A stretch of DNA of 64,000 nt, from contig JAKUQA010000007.1 in the NCBI GenBank assembly GCA_022450525.1, forward strand, positions 1,361-65,360, read 5' to 3'. The notes below the pieces were generated by a model. It was not told the origin of the DNA. It did not search any database and saw only the letters and a list, made by a program, of their open reading frames with translations. The stretch is from Dehalococcoidia bacterium. Lineage in GTDB: Bacteria > Chloroflexota > Dehalococcoidia > Lucifugimonadales > UBA6952. Within the stretch, counting starts at the first letter, position 1. Each line of letters starts with the position of its first letter. Both the position numbers and the translations under genes were made by a program. Shown piece after piece: positions 30,901-40,600 of this stretch.

Positions 30901-30921
30901 AGAGAGGTATACGATTTCCTC

Positions 30922-31725
30922 ATGAATAATTCAGTAAAAACAAAAAAAAGTTTAGGTCAGCATTTTTTAAATGCAAATTGGGTTTTATCGTATATTATTA
31001 ATTCTGCAGAAATACAACCAAATGATACGGTTGTAGAGATTGGCCCAGGACGTGGCAAGTTAACTAAGGAATTAAGTCGACTCGCTGGATTGGTTAAGTG
31101 TATTGAATTAGATCAGAATTTACTTGATGATTTGAATGATAAATTTCCTGAAAGTTCTAATGTCCAAGTTATTTATGGAGATGCTCGTAGTATAGATATC
31201 TCTTCCATAGTTAATTCGGTTAATTATAAATTAGTTGCAAATCTACCTTATTATGCTGCTATGCCAATAATAATGAGATTTGTTGAATTACATAATCCCC
31301 CTAAATCAATTGTAGTTATGGTCCAAGATGAAGTTGCTCGTAATCTGACTGCCTTACCTGGGAAATTATCTATCCCCGCAGTGATACTTCAAAACTTTGG
31401 AGAAATCTCATATATAAAAAGAATACCGCCAAGTGTCTTCAAACCTTCTCCTAAAGTTTTTTCTGCCATAATAAAAATTGCTTTATTTGAATCTCCCCAA
31501 ATAGGCAAAGATAATCAACCAATGTTTTTCAACTTAATAAAAAAAGGTTTTTCTTCTAAAAGGAAAAAGTTATATAACAATATAACTAAGGCTTTTGATA
31601 TAGAAAAAACTCTATTTCTAGATATGCTTGTTGCTAGCAATATAGATATAGATAGTAGACCAGAATCCTTAACTTTTGATAATTGGAGAAATTTGTATTT
31701 ATCAATGAAAAATATTGGATATTAA
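30922..31725 (+). CDS. rsmA: 16S rRNA (adenine1518/1519-N6)-dimethyltransferase
   Basis: KKSLGQHFL, EIGPGRGKLT, NLPYY. The track start (TTG 30874) would overlap the 3' end of the SRP RNA. ATG 30922 (MNNSVKTKKSLGQHFL) fits KsgA N-termini. Confidence 0.88.
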   Translation: MNNSVKTKKSLGQHFLNANWVLSYIINSAEIQPNDTVVEIGPGRGKLTKELSRLAGLVKCIELDQNLLDDLNDKFPESSNVQVIYGDARSIDISSIVNSVNYKLVANLPYYAAMPIIMRFVELHNPPKSIVVMVQDEVARNLTALPGKLSIPAVILQNFGEISYIKRIPPSVFKPSPKVFSAIIKIALFESPQIGKDNQPMFFNLIKKGFSSKRKKLYNNITKAFDIEKTLFLDMLVASNIDIDSRPESLTFDNWRNLYLSMKNIGY

Positions 31726-32584
31726 AGCGATGTTTAATTTGTTATCTCATGCAAAATTAAATTTAAGTCTAGAGGTTAATAGTTTACTTGATAATGGGTT
31801 TCATAATTTAACTTCTATTATGCATACTCTGCATCTGCATGACGAAATATCTATTAGCCACTCAAAAAATACTAAAACAGTATTTATACCTTCAACTGTT
31901 GAAGGTAGTAATAATTCAATACTTGATGCTGTACACCTTTTTCAACAAGAATTTCATATTCCAGACCAAGTAGAAATTGTAACAACTAAAAATATTCCTA
32001 CATCATCTGGTTTAGGTGGGGGAAGTTCGAATTCAACTGCAGTTTTAAAAGAATTAATTAAAATAAATAAATTAGAAGTAGAATTATCAAAACAGAGAGA
32101 ATTAGCATTTCAATTAAGTTCTGATTCTCCTTTTTTTGTCTCCGGAGGATGTTCACTTGTTGAAGGACAAGGCGAAAAGATAACAACTGGACTAGGTATT
32201 AATAACCTATGGTCGATAATTTTCACCCCACTTAATATAGAGATTAGTAATAAGACCCGGTTTATGTATTCATTGCTATCTAAACAACATTACTCTGATG
32301 GATCTATAACAGCTGAAATTTTTAATTCAATCAATCAACCAAATAGTGATTTACTGCAACTTCTTAGTAATACGGTGAATACTTTTGAACAAGTAATCGA
32401 TCAAGCTTTTCTTGAGTACAAATATTTAAAAGATAAGTTATTATCATTAGGAGTATCCTTTGTGAGACTTTCAGGTAGTGGGCCTAGCTTTTATACAATT
32501 GTTGATAACCTAGATTACGCAAGAAATATCGCGAAAAAAATGAAAAGTAATAACTTGAGAATAATTACATCTGAATTACAGTAG
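31715..32584 (+). CDS. ispE: 4-diphosphocytidyl-2-C-methyl-D-erythritol kinase
   Basis: 289 aa. AKLNLSLEV and the GHMP kinase motif PTSSGLGGGSSNS. Conserved rsmA-ispE synteny. Confidence 0.85.
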   Translation: MDIKAMFNLLSHAKLNLSLEVNSLLDNGFHNLTSIMHTLHLHDEISISHSKNTKTVFIPSTVEGSNNSILDAVHLFQQEFHIPDQVEIVTTKNIPTSSGLGGGSSNSTAVLKELIKINKLEVELSKQRELAFQLSSDSPFFVSGGCSLVEGQGEKITTGLGINNLWSIIFTPLNIEISNKTRFMYSLLSKQHYSDGSITAEIFNSINQPNSDLLQLLSNTVNTFEQVIDQAFLEYKYLKDKLLSLGVSFVRLSGSGPSFYTIVDNLDYARNIAKKMKSNNLRIITSELQ

Positions 32585-32598
32585 GGGAGTAGTAATTT

Positions 32599-33750
32599 AT
32601 GAATATAAATAATTGCCATAATGTTGATGACTTTAAAAAATTAGCAAGGAAAAGATTGCCATCACCTATATTTCATTATATTGATGGTGCAGCTGATGAT
32701 GAATCTACATATAAGCGTAATACTGAATCATTTGAAGATTGCGATTTGGTGCCAAATGTTTTGGCAGGTGTGGATAATATAGATATCTCAACAACCGTTA
32801 TGGGGCAAAAATTATCTATGCCATTATTTTTAAGCCCAGTTGCATTACAAAGATTATTTCATTACCAAGGAGAAAGAGCTGTAGGTAGAGCTGCAGAAAA
32901 ATTTGGAACAATGTTTGGTATTAGTAGTCTTGGAACTGTGAGTATTGAAGAAATTGGAGCTACTATAAATGCACCCAAAATCTTCCAATTATACTTTCAT
33001 AAAGATAGAGGATTAACTAATAGTATGATTGAAAGATGTGAGGAAAATAATTTTGATTGTCTTGCTTTAACAGTAGATACTATTGTCGCTGGGAATAGGG
33101 AAAGAGATCTTGTAACTGGATTTACTTCTCCCTTTAACCTCACATTAAAAAGCTTAGTTAGTTTTGCAACTCATCCACAATGGGCACTTAGACATTTCAC
33201 AAGTGATAAGTTTGAATTATCTCAAGTAAAAGATTATGTGAGTCACGGTACAAATATAGCTACAAGCGTTTCAAATTATATTAATGAAATGTTGGATCAG
33301 ACAATGAATTGGGATGATGCGATTGCTATAAGGAAAAAATGGAAAAAGGGGTTTTGTTTAAAAGGTATTATGAGTGTTGAAGATGCAAAAAAAGCAGTGG
33401 ACATAGGTGCTGATGCAATAATGCTTAGTAATCATGGAGGACGCCAACTAGATGGATCACGCTCACCTTTTGATCAACTACAAGAAATTGTTGATGCGGT
33501 TGGGGATAAAATTGATGTTATTTGCGATGGTGGAATTAGGAGAGGTACTCACATCCTCAAGGCATTAAGTTTGGGTGCAAAAGCCTGTAGTGGAGGAAGA
33601 TTATATTTATACGCATTGGCAGCTGGTGGTCAACGTGGGGTGGAGAAGACCCTAAATAATTTAAAAAATGAAATTGAAAGAGATATGAAACTGATGGGTT
33701 GTAATACGCTCAGTGATCTTTCAAGAGACAATATAAGATATAGGAACTAG
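32599..33750 (+). CDS. FMN-dependent alpha-hydroxy acid dehydrogenase/oxidase (LldD/glycolate oxidase family)
   Basis: 383 aa. SNHGGRQLD, DGGIRRG, and TIM-barrel FMN family features. Substrate not assignable. Confidence 0.85.
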   Translation: MNINNCHNVDDFKKLARKRLPSPIFHYIDGAADDESTYKRNTESFEDCDLVPNVLAGVDNIDISTTVMGQKLSMPLFLSPVALQRLFHYQGERAVGRAAEKFGTMFGISSLGTVSIEEIGATINAPKIFQLYFHKDRGLTNSMIERCEENNFDCLALTVDTIVAGNRERDLVTGFTSPFNLTLKSLVSFATHPQWALRHFTSDKFELSQVKDYVSHGTNIATSVSNYINEMLDQTMNWDDAIAIRKKWKKGFCLKGIMSVEDAKKAVDIGADAIMLSNHGGRQLDGSRSPFDQLQEIVDAVGDKIDVICDGGIRRGTHILKALSLGAKACSGGRLYLYALAAGGQRGVEKTLNNLKNEIERDMKLMGCNTLSDLSRDNIRYRN

Positions 33751-33875
33751 AAATTTTCTAAGTTTCTAACCACTGTAGTATTTGTTTATTGCTTATAATC
33801 TTTAGTAATAGTAAAATTGCTTGGTGTGTTTTTTTACATATACCTAAAACATTTCAAAACTAATAAAGGCACTTA

Positions 33876-34568
33876 ATGAACATAGATATGCACGTCCATA
33901 CCTCTTATGGTAGTAGTGATAGTAACTTGTCTCTAGATGAATTACATAATAAATCTAAAATTCTTAACATTGATGCAGTTTGTTTAACAGAACACGGTGG
34001 TCCGTGGAGCTTGCAATCAATAACGCAAGCGCAGCAAAAAATGGATAATTTAAAATTGTTGAATGCAATGGAGATTGAGACCGAAGTAGGTCATATAACT
34101 GCATTTGGATTTACACAATATATTTCCGGTATGAGAAATCCTGAAAGTTTAAGACAAATTGCTGATAAAGAAGGAGCTTTTATCGTTTTAGCACATCCCT
34201 TTAGAAATTTTACACAAAAGCCACCATATAACAATAATAATCTTTTATTCAAAGATTACAAAATCAAACCTGAAACTGTTGAAGATGTAGCAAAACATCC
34301 TATATTTGAGTTAGTTGATGCCATTGAAGTTCTCAATGGAGGAACGACATTACGAGAGAATTTATGGGCATGGGACATTGCAGAATATCTAGGTAAGCCA
34401 AAGATTGGGGGTAGCGATGCCCACTCATTTAATGGTGTTGGTAGGTATATGACTGTATTTGAAGATGAGATTGATAGTGTTGAGTCTTTATTGTATAGTC
34501 TACGCAATAGCAGTTATTATCCTGCTCAATTAGATGATAATAATGAGGTTGTACCATTTCGTAGATAA
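33876..34568 (+). CDS. PHP-domain metal-dependent phosphoesterase
   Basis: 230 aa. N-terminal IDMHVHTSYGSSDS, plus LAHP and GGSDAH motifs. Paralog of 50935..51597. Confidence 0.7.
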   Translation: MNIDMHVHTSYGSSDSNLSLDELHNKSKILNIDAVCLTEHGGPWSLQSITQAQQKMDNLKLLNAMEIETEVGHITAFGFTQYISGMRNPESLRQIADKEGAFIVLAHPFRNFTQKPPYNNNNLLFKDYKIKPETVEDVAKHPIFELVDAIEVLNGGTTLRENLWAWDIAEYLGKPKIGGSDAHSFNGVGRYMTVFEDEIDSVESLLYSLRNSSYYPAQLDDNNEVVPFRR

Positions 34569-34586
34569 TTTTCTTTGGAGGTTGTA

Positions 34587-35702
34587 ATGTCTAACTATTC
34601 TCCCTTAGTTCTTATATGTATTGATGGATTCGATCCTGTGTATTTTGATGCAATAGAAACTCCCAACATGGATCGAATGATTGAAAATGGCTTTTACACT
34701 GTCGGTAAATCAATGTGGCCTTCAGTGACTAATGTAAATAATGTATCAATAATAACTGGTCAATACCCTAGTGTTCATGGTATTTGTTCTAACTATAGAT
34801 ACATCCAAGAAACCAAAGAAGAAGTTTATATGGAATCGGGGGAATACATATTGGCCCCCACTATATTTTCCATGTGTAAAAGTAAAAACATAACAACTGT
34901 ACTTTCAACATCCAAAGATAAACTGAGAAGGCTCCTTGGAGACGACGCAACACATGTTAGTTCTGCTGAAAAGCCTGATAAATGGGTGGTCGACATTTTG
35001 GGGGATCCACCTTCTATTTATTCTTTAGAATGTAATGGGTGGACTATTAATGCAGCTGAGTTAGCTATGGAAAAATACAAACCTGAATTTGTATATATTA
35101 CAACAACTGATTGGGCGCATCATAAATTCCCACCAGAATCAATCGAAGCTAAAACACATATTAATATCATAGATACTGCTGTAGGGAATATTATGAATAA
35201 ATTTCCAGAAGCAACTATTATGCTTAGTGCAGATCATGGCATGTCAAGAAAGACAAATTTGATTGATTTAGGAAAAATTCTCAAACAAAATGGAATTGAT
35301 AATCTTGCCGTTCCGATAATAAAAGATGAACACGTTGTCCATCATTCTAACCTAGGAGGGGCATATTTTATCTATCTAGATGATTCTGTAGTATCAAAAT
35401 CTATAGATATACTGAATGCATTAGAAGGGGTTGATTTAGCAATGACATCCGAGGAAGCAGTAACAAAATATAACCTACGTCTTGAACGAATAGGTCAAGT
35501 CATAGTTACTGCAGATAAGGATACAGTATTTGGTGATACCAATTTGGTTGAAATGCCAGGTGATTTACGATCACACGGTTCAGAACATGAGCAAAACATC
35601 CCAATTATTGGATATAATCTAAAAAATACTAATTATACATTTACAGAAAATCGCCATATGGGGACATATGTTATCGAGCAGTTGGGTTTATTGAATAAAT
35701 AA
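34587..35702 (+). CDS. Alkaline-phosphatase-superfamily metalloenzyme (NPP / phosphonoacetate-hydrolase-like)
   Basis: LICIDGFDPVYF, PSVTNVNNVSIITGQYPSVHGICSNY (Thr nucleophile context), SADHGM, RSHGS. ATG 34587 is preferred over the track's TTG 34575 because GGAGG lies 5 nt upstream. Confidence 0.7.
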   Translation: MSNYSPLVLICIDGFDPVYFDAIETPNMDRMIENGFYTVGKSMWPSVTNVNNVSIITGQYPSVHGICSNYRYIQETKEEVYMESGEYILAPTIFSMCKSKNITTVLSTSKDKLRRLLGDDATHVSSAEKPDKWVVDILGDPPSIYSLECNGWTINAAELAMEKYKPEFVYITTTDWAHHKFPPESIEAKTHINIIDTAVGNIMNKFPEATIMLSADHGMSRKTNLIDLGKILKQNGIDNLAVPIIKDEHVVHHSNLGGAYFIYLDDSVVSKSIDILNALEGVDLAMTSEEAVTKYNLRLERIGQVIVTADKDTVFGDTNLVEMPGDLRSHGSEHEQNIPIIGYNLKNTNYTFTENRHMGTYVIEQLGLLNK

Positions 35703-35899
35703 ATTTTATAAATTCTTAACTAATTGCCTGTTAATAAATATTTCTTCAATTAATTTGGTTTATATCTAAATATCCTCTCGTTATCGATAGTTTCTTTCTT
35801 ATCCATAGAAATATTCTATACTTAATCAAAATATGCTTGATGTCTTTAATCATTACATATTATTCTGGCAAAAAGATAAGTATAAATAAGGATTAGTAT

Positions 35900-37327
35900 A
35901 TGGCAGATTATGATATAACGGTTATTGGAGCCGGACCAGGTGGGTATGTTGCTGCTATACGTGCAGCTCAATTGGGCTACAAAACTGCTTTAATCGAAAA
36001 ATCAGAAATCGGTGGGACTTGTTTAAATTGGGGTTGTATTCCAAGTAAAGCATTATTAAAGAATGCAGAAGTATTAGATCTTATCAAAGACTCAGAGCAC
36101 TATGGCATAAACATAGATTCTTATATTGCTGATTACGAAGTTGGATATAACCGTAGCCGTGAAGTTGTAAATAAATTAGTGACTGGTATTAACCATCTTT
36201 TAAAGAAGAATAAAGTTGATGTTATAAATGGCTCTGCTAGGTTTGTATCAAAATCCTCATTATTAGTAGATATTACTGATCCAAAAGAAAATGTTGGCGA
36301 ACGAGTGCAATCTGCTGATGAGTTTCCAATTGAATCAAAAAATATAATCATTGCAACAGGTGGTGTTCCAAGAGAATTGCCACAAGCTCCATTTGATGGA
36401 GATAAAATACTTAATAGTAAACAAATATTAGAAATGAATAAACTTCCTAAGTCTTTGGGTATTATTGGCGCTGGACCTATCGGTGTAGAATTTGCCTCTT
36501 TATTTAACTCATATGGTGTTGATGTTACTCTCATAGAAATGCTACCTGATGTAGTTCCTAATGAAGATAAAGAAATAAGCTCAACTCTCAATTCTTCTTT
36601 TTCAAAGCGAGGAATAAAGATTCTTACTGAAACCACTTTAGATTCAGTCAAAACAACAGCCAAAAGTGTATCTTTACAGCTTACAGGAAAAGGTAATGAG
36701 AGTATTAACTTAAAGTTCGATAAAATTTTAGTAGCAATTGGGATTACTCCCGCTACAAATACTTTAGGTATAGATGCATTGGGTGTTGAATTGATTAATG
36801 GATGGATTAATGTTGATTCTTCTATGAAAACAAATATACAGAATGTATTTGCAATAGGTGATGTTACTGGTGTTTTACCTTTAGCACATGTTGCTCAGTC
36901 TCAAGCAGTATTAGCGGTCGAAAGAATTCATGGTGATAGTGTTCCAGATATTAATTATATCAACATGCCAAAAGCTACTTATTGTAATCCTCAAGTTGCT
37001 AGTTTCGGATTAAGTGAATCCCAAGCAAAAGATGAAGGTTACGAAGTTAAAGTTGGAAAATTTCCCTTTTTGGCAAGTGGAAAGGCTATTGCTTCTTCAC
37101 ATTCAGAAGGTTTTTGTAAAATAGTAGTTGATTCTGAATATGGAGAAATACTAGGAGTGCATCTTATCGGGCCGGAAGTTACAGAATTACTTGCTGAATT
37201 ATCCATGGTTCAAGCTTTAGAAGGTACAGTGGATGAATTAGCATTATTAACCCATGCACACCCAACATTATCAGAAACACTAAAGGAAGCTGCATTAGCA
37301 GCATTAGGAAACCCTATACATATCTAA
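35900..37327 (+). CDS. lpd: Dihydrolipoyl dehydrogenase (E3)
   Basis: 475 aa. GAGPGGY, the redox disulfide GGTCLNWGCIPSK, and C-terminal HAHPTLSE. Confidence 0.92.
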   Translation: MADYDITVIGAGPGGYVAAIRAAQLGYKTALIEKSEIGGTCLNWGCIPSKALLKNAEVLDLIKDSEHYGINIDSYIADYEVGYNRSREVVNKLVTGINHLLKKNKVDVINGSARFVSKSSLLVDITDPKENVGERVQSADEFPIESKNIIIATGGVPRELPQAPFDGDKILNSKQILEMNKLPKSLGIIGAGPIGVEFASLFNSYGVDVTLIEMLPDVVPNEDKEISSTLNSSFSKRGIKILTETTLDSVKTTAKSVSLQLTGKGNESINLKFDKILVAIGITPATNTLGIDALGVELINGWINVDSSMKTNIQNVFAIGDVTGVLPLAHVAQSQAVLAVERIHGDSVPDINYINMPKATYCNPQVASFGLSESQAKDEGYEVKVGKFPFLASGKAIASSHSEGFCKIVVDSEYGEILGVHLIGPEVTELLAELSMVQALEGTVDELALLTHAHPTLSETLKEAALAALGNPIHI

Positions 37328-37349
37328 TTTAAGGGTAAAGGAGGAGATT

Positions 37350-38345
37350 ATGGCGCTAAAAAATAAAGCTGTAAGTAATAAAACTTCTAAATCTGAATAT
37401 TTTGAATTGTTAGAAAAAATGATATTAATCCGTTTATTTGAAGACAGATGCTCCGAGCATTATTCAAGGGGTAATATAAAAGGATTTCTCCATTTATATA
37501 CCGGAGAAGAAGCTATTGCAGTAGGGTCAATTTCATGTTTGGAAAAAGAGGACTATGTTATTACTCATTATCGAGATCATGGTCATGCACTTGCTAGAGG
37601 AGTTGAAGCAAAATACGCTATGGCAGAACTTTTTGGAAAATCCACAGGAACTACTGGTGGAATAGGTGGATCAATGCATATATTTGACGCAACAAAGAAT
37701 TTCGCAGGCGGTCATGCGATAGTTGGTGGACAATTACCAATTGGAGTAGGTTTAGCCTATGCTGCCAAATATAAAAATACTGGAGCAGTCACTCTTTGCT
37801 TTCTTGGTGATGGAGCATTAAACGAAGGTGAGTTTCACGAATCTATGAATTTAGCTGCTTTATGGGACCTACCTATAGTATTTATTTGTGAAAATAACTT
37901 ATACGGAATGGGTGTTCCTGTAGAAGAAGCTGTGGCTAAAAAGGATATTTTTGAAATTGGTCATGCATATGACATGCCATGTTCTCGTGTTGACGGCATG
38001 AATGTTTTAGAAGTTAAAGAAGTTACCAATAAAATAATTAAAGATGTCCGAAATGGAAAAGGTCCATATTTTCTTGAAGCACAAACATATAGATTCCGTG
38101 GTCATTCAATGGCTGATCCTTCCATGTATAGAGGGTCAACAGAGGAAGAGCTATGGAAATTACGAGATCCAATTAATTTGCATTGGTCTTGGTTAAAAGA
38201 AAATGGTTATGCTAAGGATGAATTGAACGAGATCTATGAAAAAATGAATTCAGTGATGGACGACGCTGTTCAATTTGCTACAGAAAGTGAATTTCCGACT
38301 ATAGATGATTTATACAAAAACATCTATTTTGAAAATGTTGGATAG
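37350..38345 (+). CDS. 2-oxoacid dehydrogenase E1 alpha subunit (PDH/BCKDH/acetoin type)
   Basis: 331 aa. ThDP motif GDGALNEGEFHESMNLAALWDLPIVFICENN, and YRFRGHSMADP. Confidence 0.9.
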   Translation: MALKNKAVSNKTSKSEYFELLEKMILIRLFEDRCSEHYSRGNIKGFLHLYTGEEAIAVGSISCLEKEDYVITHYRDHGHALARGVEAKYAMAELFGKSTGTTGGIGGSMHIFDATKNFAGGHAIVGGQLPIGVGLAYAAKYKNTGAVTLCFLGDGALNEGEFHESMNLAALWDLPIVFICENNLYGMGVPVEEAVAKKDIFEIGHAYDMPCSRVDGMNVLEVKEVTNKIIKDVRNGKGPYFLEAQTYRFRGHSMADPSMYRGSTEEELWKLRDPINLHWSWLKENGYAKDELNEIYEKMNSVMDDAVQFATESEFPTIDDLYKNIYFENVG

Positions 38346-38354
38346 GAGGTCTTT

Positions 38355-39335
38355 ATGCCTAATGTTTTAACTTATAGAGAAGCATTAACTAAAGGTATTC
38401 GTGAAGCACTCATTGATAACGACGATTGTTTTTTAATGGGAGAAGATGTTGGCGCTTATGGTGGAGCCTATGCTGTCAGTAAAGGTCTTTTGGAAGAGTT
38501 TGGCCCAAAGCGTATCGTTGATAGTCCATTATCTGAATCTGCAATAGTTGGGTTGGGAACTGGTTCTTCTATGGTCGGTTTAAAACCAATTATTGAAATA
38601 ATGACAATTAATTTTTTACTAGTTGCTTTAGATCAATTAGTCAATCACGCAGCTAAAATTCGGTACATGTCAGCAAATCAGTATGCAGCTCCATTTATGG
38701 TAAGAACGGTAACTGGAGGAGGAGCTCAATTAGGCGCAACACATTCTCAGTGTTTTGAACCTTGGTTAGCTAGCGTACCTGGACTTAAAGTAGTAGCTCC
38801 CTCATCTCCATATGATGCATTAGGATTATTTCGATCCGCAATAAAAGAAAAGGATCCTATAGTTTTTGTTGAACATATTTTATTGTATGGATCTAAAGGA
38901 ATTGTTGATGAAGATTATTATGAAATACCTATTGGTAAAGCTAATGTTGTACGATCTGGTGATAATTTAACCTTAGTTGCATATTCGAAAATGGTACCGC
39001 TATGTATAGAGGTGGCAAATACACTAGAAGAACAAGGAATAGATGTAGAAGTTATCGATCTGAGGTCATTACGTCCATGGGATAAGGAAACAATTATCAA
39101 TTCTGTAAATAAAACAAATAGACTAGTTATTGTTGAAGAAGCATGGAGATCTGGTGGGTTTGGAGCAGAGATAGCTAGTACAGTTCAAGAAGAGGCGTTT
39201 GACTCTTTGGATGGACCAATTGGACGTGTTGGTGGTCTTGAGGTACCAATGCCTTATACAAGTGTACTAGAATCTCAAGTAATCCCTAGTAAGGATCGTA
39301 TAATTGAATATATACATCAAAATCTAAATACATAA
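38355..39335 (+). CDS. 2-oxoacid dehydrogenase E1 beta subunit
   Basis: 326 aa. Transketolase-like pyrimidine-binding and C-terminal domains (GEDVGAYGGAYAVSKGL, DLRSLRPWD). Confidence 0.9.
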   Translation: MPNVLTYREALTKGIREALIDNDDCFLMGEDVGAYGGAYAVSKGLLEEFGPKRIVDSPLSESAIVGLGTGSSMVGLKPIIEIMTINFLLVALDQLVNHAAKIRYMSANQYAAPFMVRTVTGGGAQLGATHSQCFEPWLASVPGLKVVAPSSPYDALGLFRSAIKEKDPIVFVEHILLYGSKGIVDEDYYEIPIGKANVVRSGDNLTLVAYSKMVPLCIEVANTLEEQGIDVEVIDLRSLRPWDKETIINSVNKTNRLVIVEEAWRSGGFGAEIASTVQEEAFDSLDGPIGRVGGLEVPMPYTSVLESQVIPSKDRIIEYIHQNLNT

Positions 39336-39354
39336 TAGTAATTGGAGTAGAGTA

Positions 39355-40599
39355 ATGTCCGATAATATTGTTATGCCGCAAATGGGTTATGATATGAAAG
39401 AAGGTACCCTAGTACGATGGCTTGTAAAAGAAGGTTCCTCTTTAAAACGAGGAGACCCTATTGCTGAGATAGAAACTGACAAAGCTGTTGTTGAAATTGA
39501 AAGTTATTTCACAGGGTTTATTGGTAAAATTTTAATAAACGAAGGTGAATCAGCAGAAGTAGGAAGCTCGATTGCAGTAGTTGTGAAAGACATGAATGAA
39601 TCTGTCTCAGATCCTTCAAGTGGAACAAATACTATATCTGAAGAGTCTTCTTCTAAAGTAAATGAAAAGAATACTGCCAAAAATATTCCAGTTGATCAAC
39701 CACCTGTTGATATTCCTGTTGTTGATCAATCGCCATCAGAAAAAATCAAAATTAGTCCAGTAGCAGAAAAACTAGCTATAGAGCAAGGTATAGATTTAAA
39801 TAAAATAAATGGGACAGGTCCAGGTGGACGTATTACCAAAGCTGATATTGAAGCACAAGTTTCAAATAATAAACCGACAGAACAGCCTGTAGCTAAAACT
39901 CCACCACAAACTGTATTACCTGGTGAGAATATACCTCTTTCGACAACACGATCTGCTATTGCACGAATAACAGCACAGTCTAAAAATGGTATTCCTCATT
40001 TCTATGTTAGTATGTCAATCGATATGACTGATGCGCTCGTAATGCGTCAACAATATGGAAAACTTTATCCTAATTCTGGCATTACAGTAAATTCATTAGT
40101 TTTGATGGCTGTAAAATTAGCACTTATTGATTATCCAATATTTAATTCTTCGTTTCGTGAGGACCATATAGAAGTTAAACCAGACATTAATTTGGGTATA
40201 GCTATATCAGTTGATGATGGGCTTATAGTTCCTGCTATCACACAAGCTCAAGACTTATCAATTATTGAAATATCATCTGCTGCAAGAGACCTTGCAAAAA
40301 GAGCTAAAGAAGGCAAATTACGCCAAGAAGAATATTCGGGAACATTTAGTGTTAGTAATTTAGGAATGTTTGCTGTGGACGATTTCAATGCAATTATTCT
40401 TCCACCTCAAGTTGGTGTACTTGCGGTAAGTTCTGTCATTAAACGACCAGTAGTTATTGATGACAAAATTGTCATCCGCGAAATTATGAATGTTCAATTA
40501 TCGTCTGATCATCGAGTTATAGATGGTGTCGATGCAGCAAAATTTGCTAAACAAATAAAAGATTATCTTGAAATGCCTATCTCTTTATTTGTATCTTAG
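39355..40599 (+). CDS. Dihydrolipoamide acyltransferase (E2)
   Basis: 414 aa. One lipoyl domain (EIETDKAVVEIES), a subunit-binding domain (SPVAEKLAIEQGIDLNKINGTGPGGRITKADI), and the catalytic DHRVIDG. Confidence 0.9.
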   Translation: MSDNIVMPQMGYDMKEGTLVRWLVKEGSSLKRGDPIAEIETDKAVVEIESYFTGFIGKILINEGESAEVGSSIAVVVKDMNESVSDPSSGTNTISEESSSKVNEKNTAKNIPVDQPPVDIPVVDQSPSEKIKISPVAEKLAIEQGIDLNKINGTGPGGRITKADIEAQVSNNKPTEQPVAKTPPQTVLPGENIPLSTTRSAIARITAQSKNGIPHFYVSMSIDMTDALVMRQQYGKLYPNSGITVNSLVLMAVKLALIDYPIFNSSFREDHIEVKPDINLGIAISVDDGLIVPAITQAQDLSIIEISSAARDLAKRAKEGKLRQEEYSGTFSVSNLGMFAVDDFNAIILPPQVGVLAVSSVIKRPVVIDDKIVIREIMNVQLSSDHRVIDGVDAAKFAKQIKDYLEMPISLFVS

Positions 40600-40600
40600 T

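Noticed and set aside
36133-36663. Long antisense ORFs in the track (36133..36663 of 176 aa; also 44800..45213, 46541..47026, 59538..59987, 11456..11740, 26974..27273 and others)
   Set aside because: Each lies opposite a strongly supported conserved gene (lpd, hotdog, sufS, MFS, leuC, oppF). They have low-complexity or odd composition and no RBS. They are shadow ORFs.
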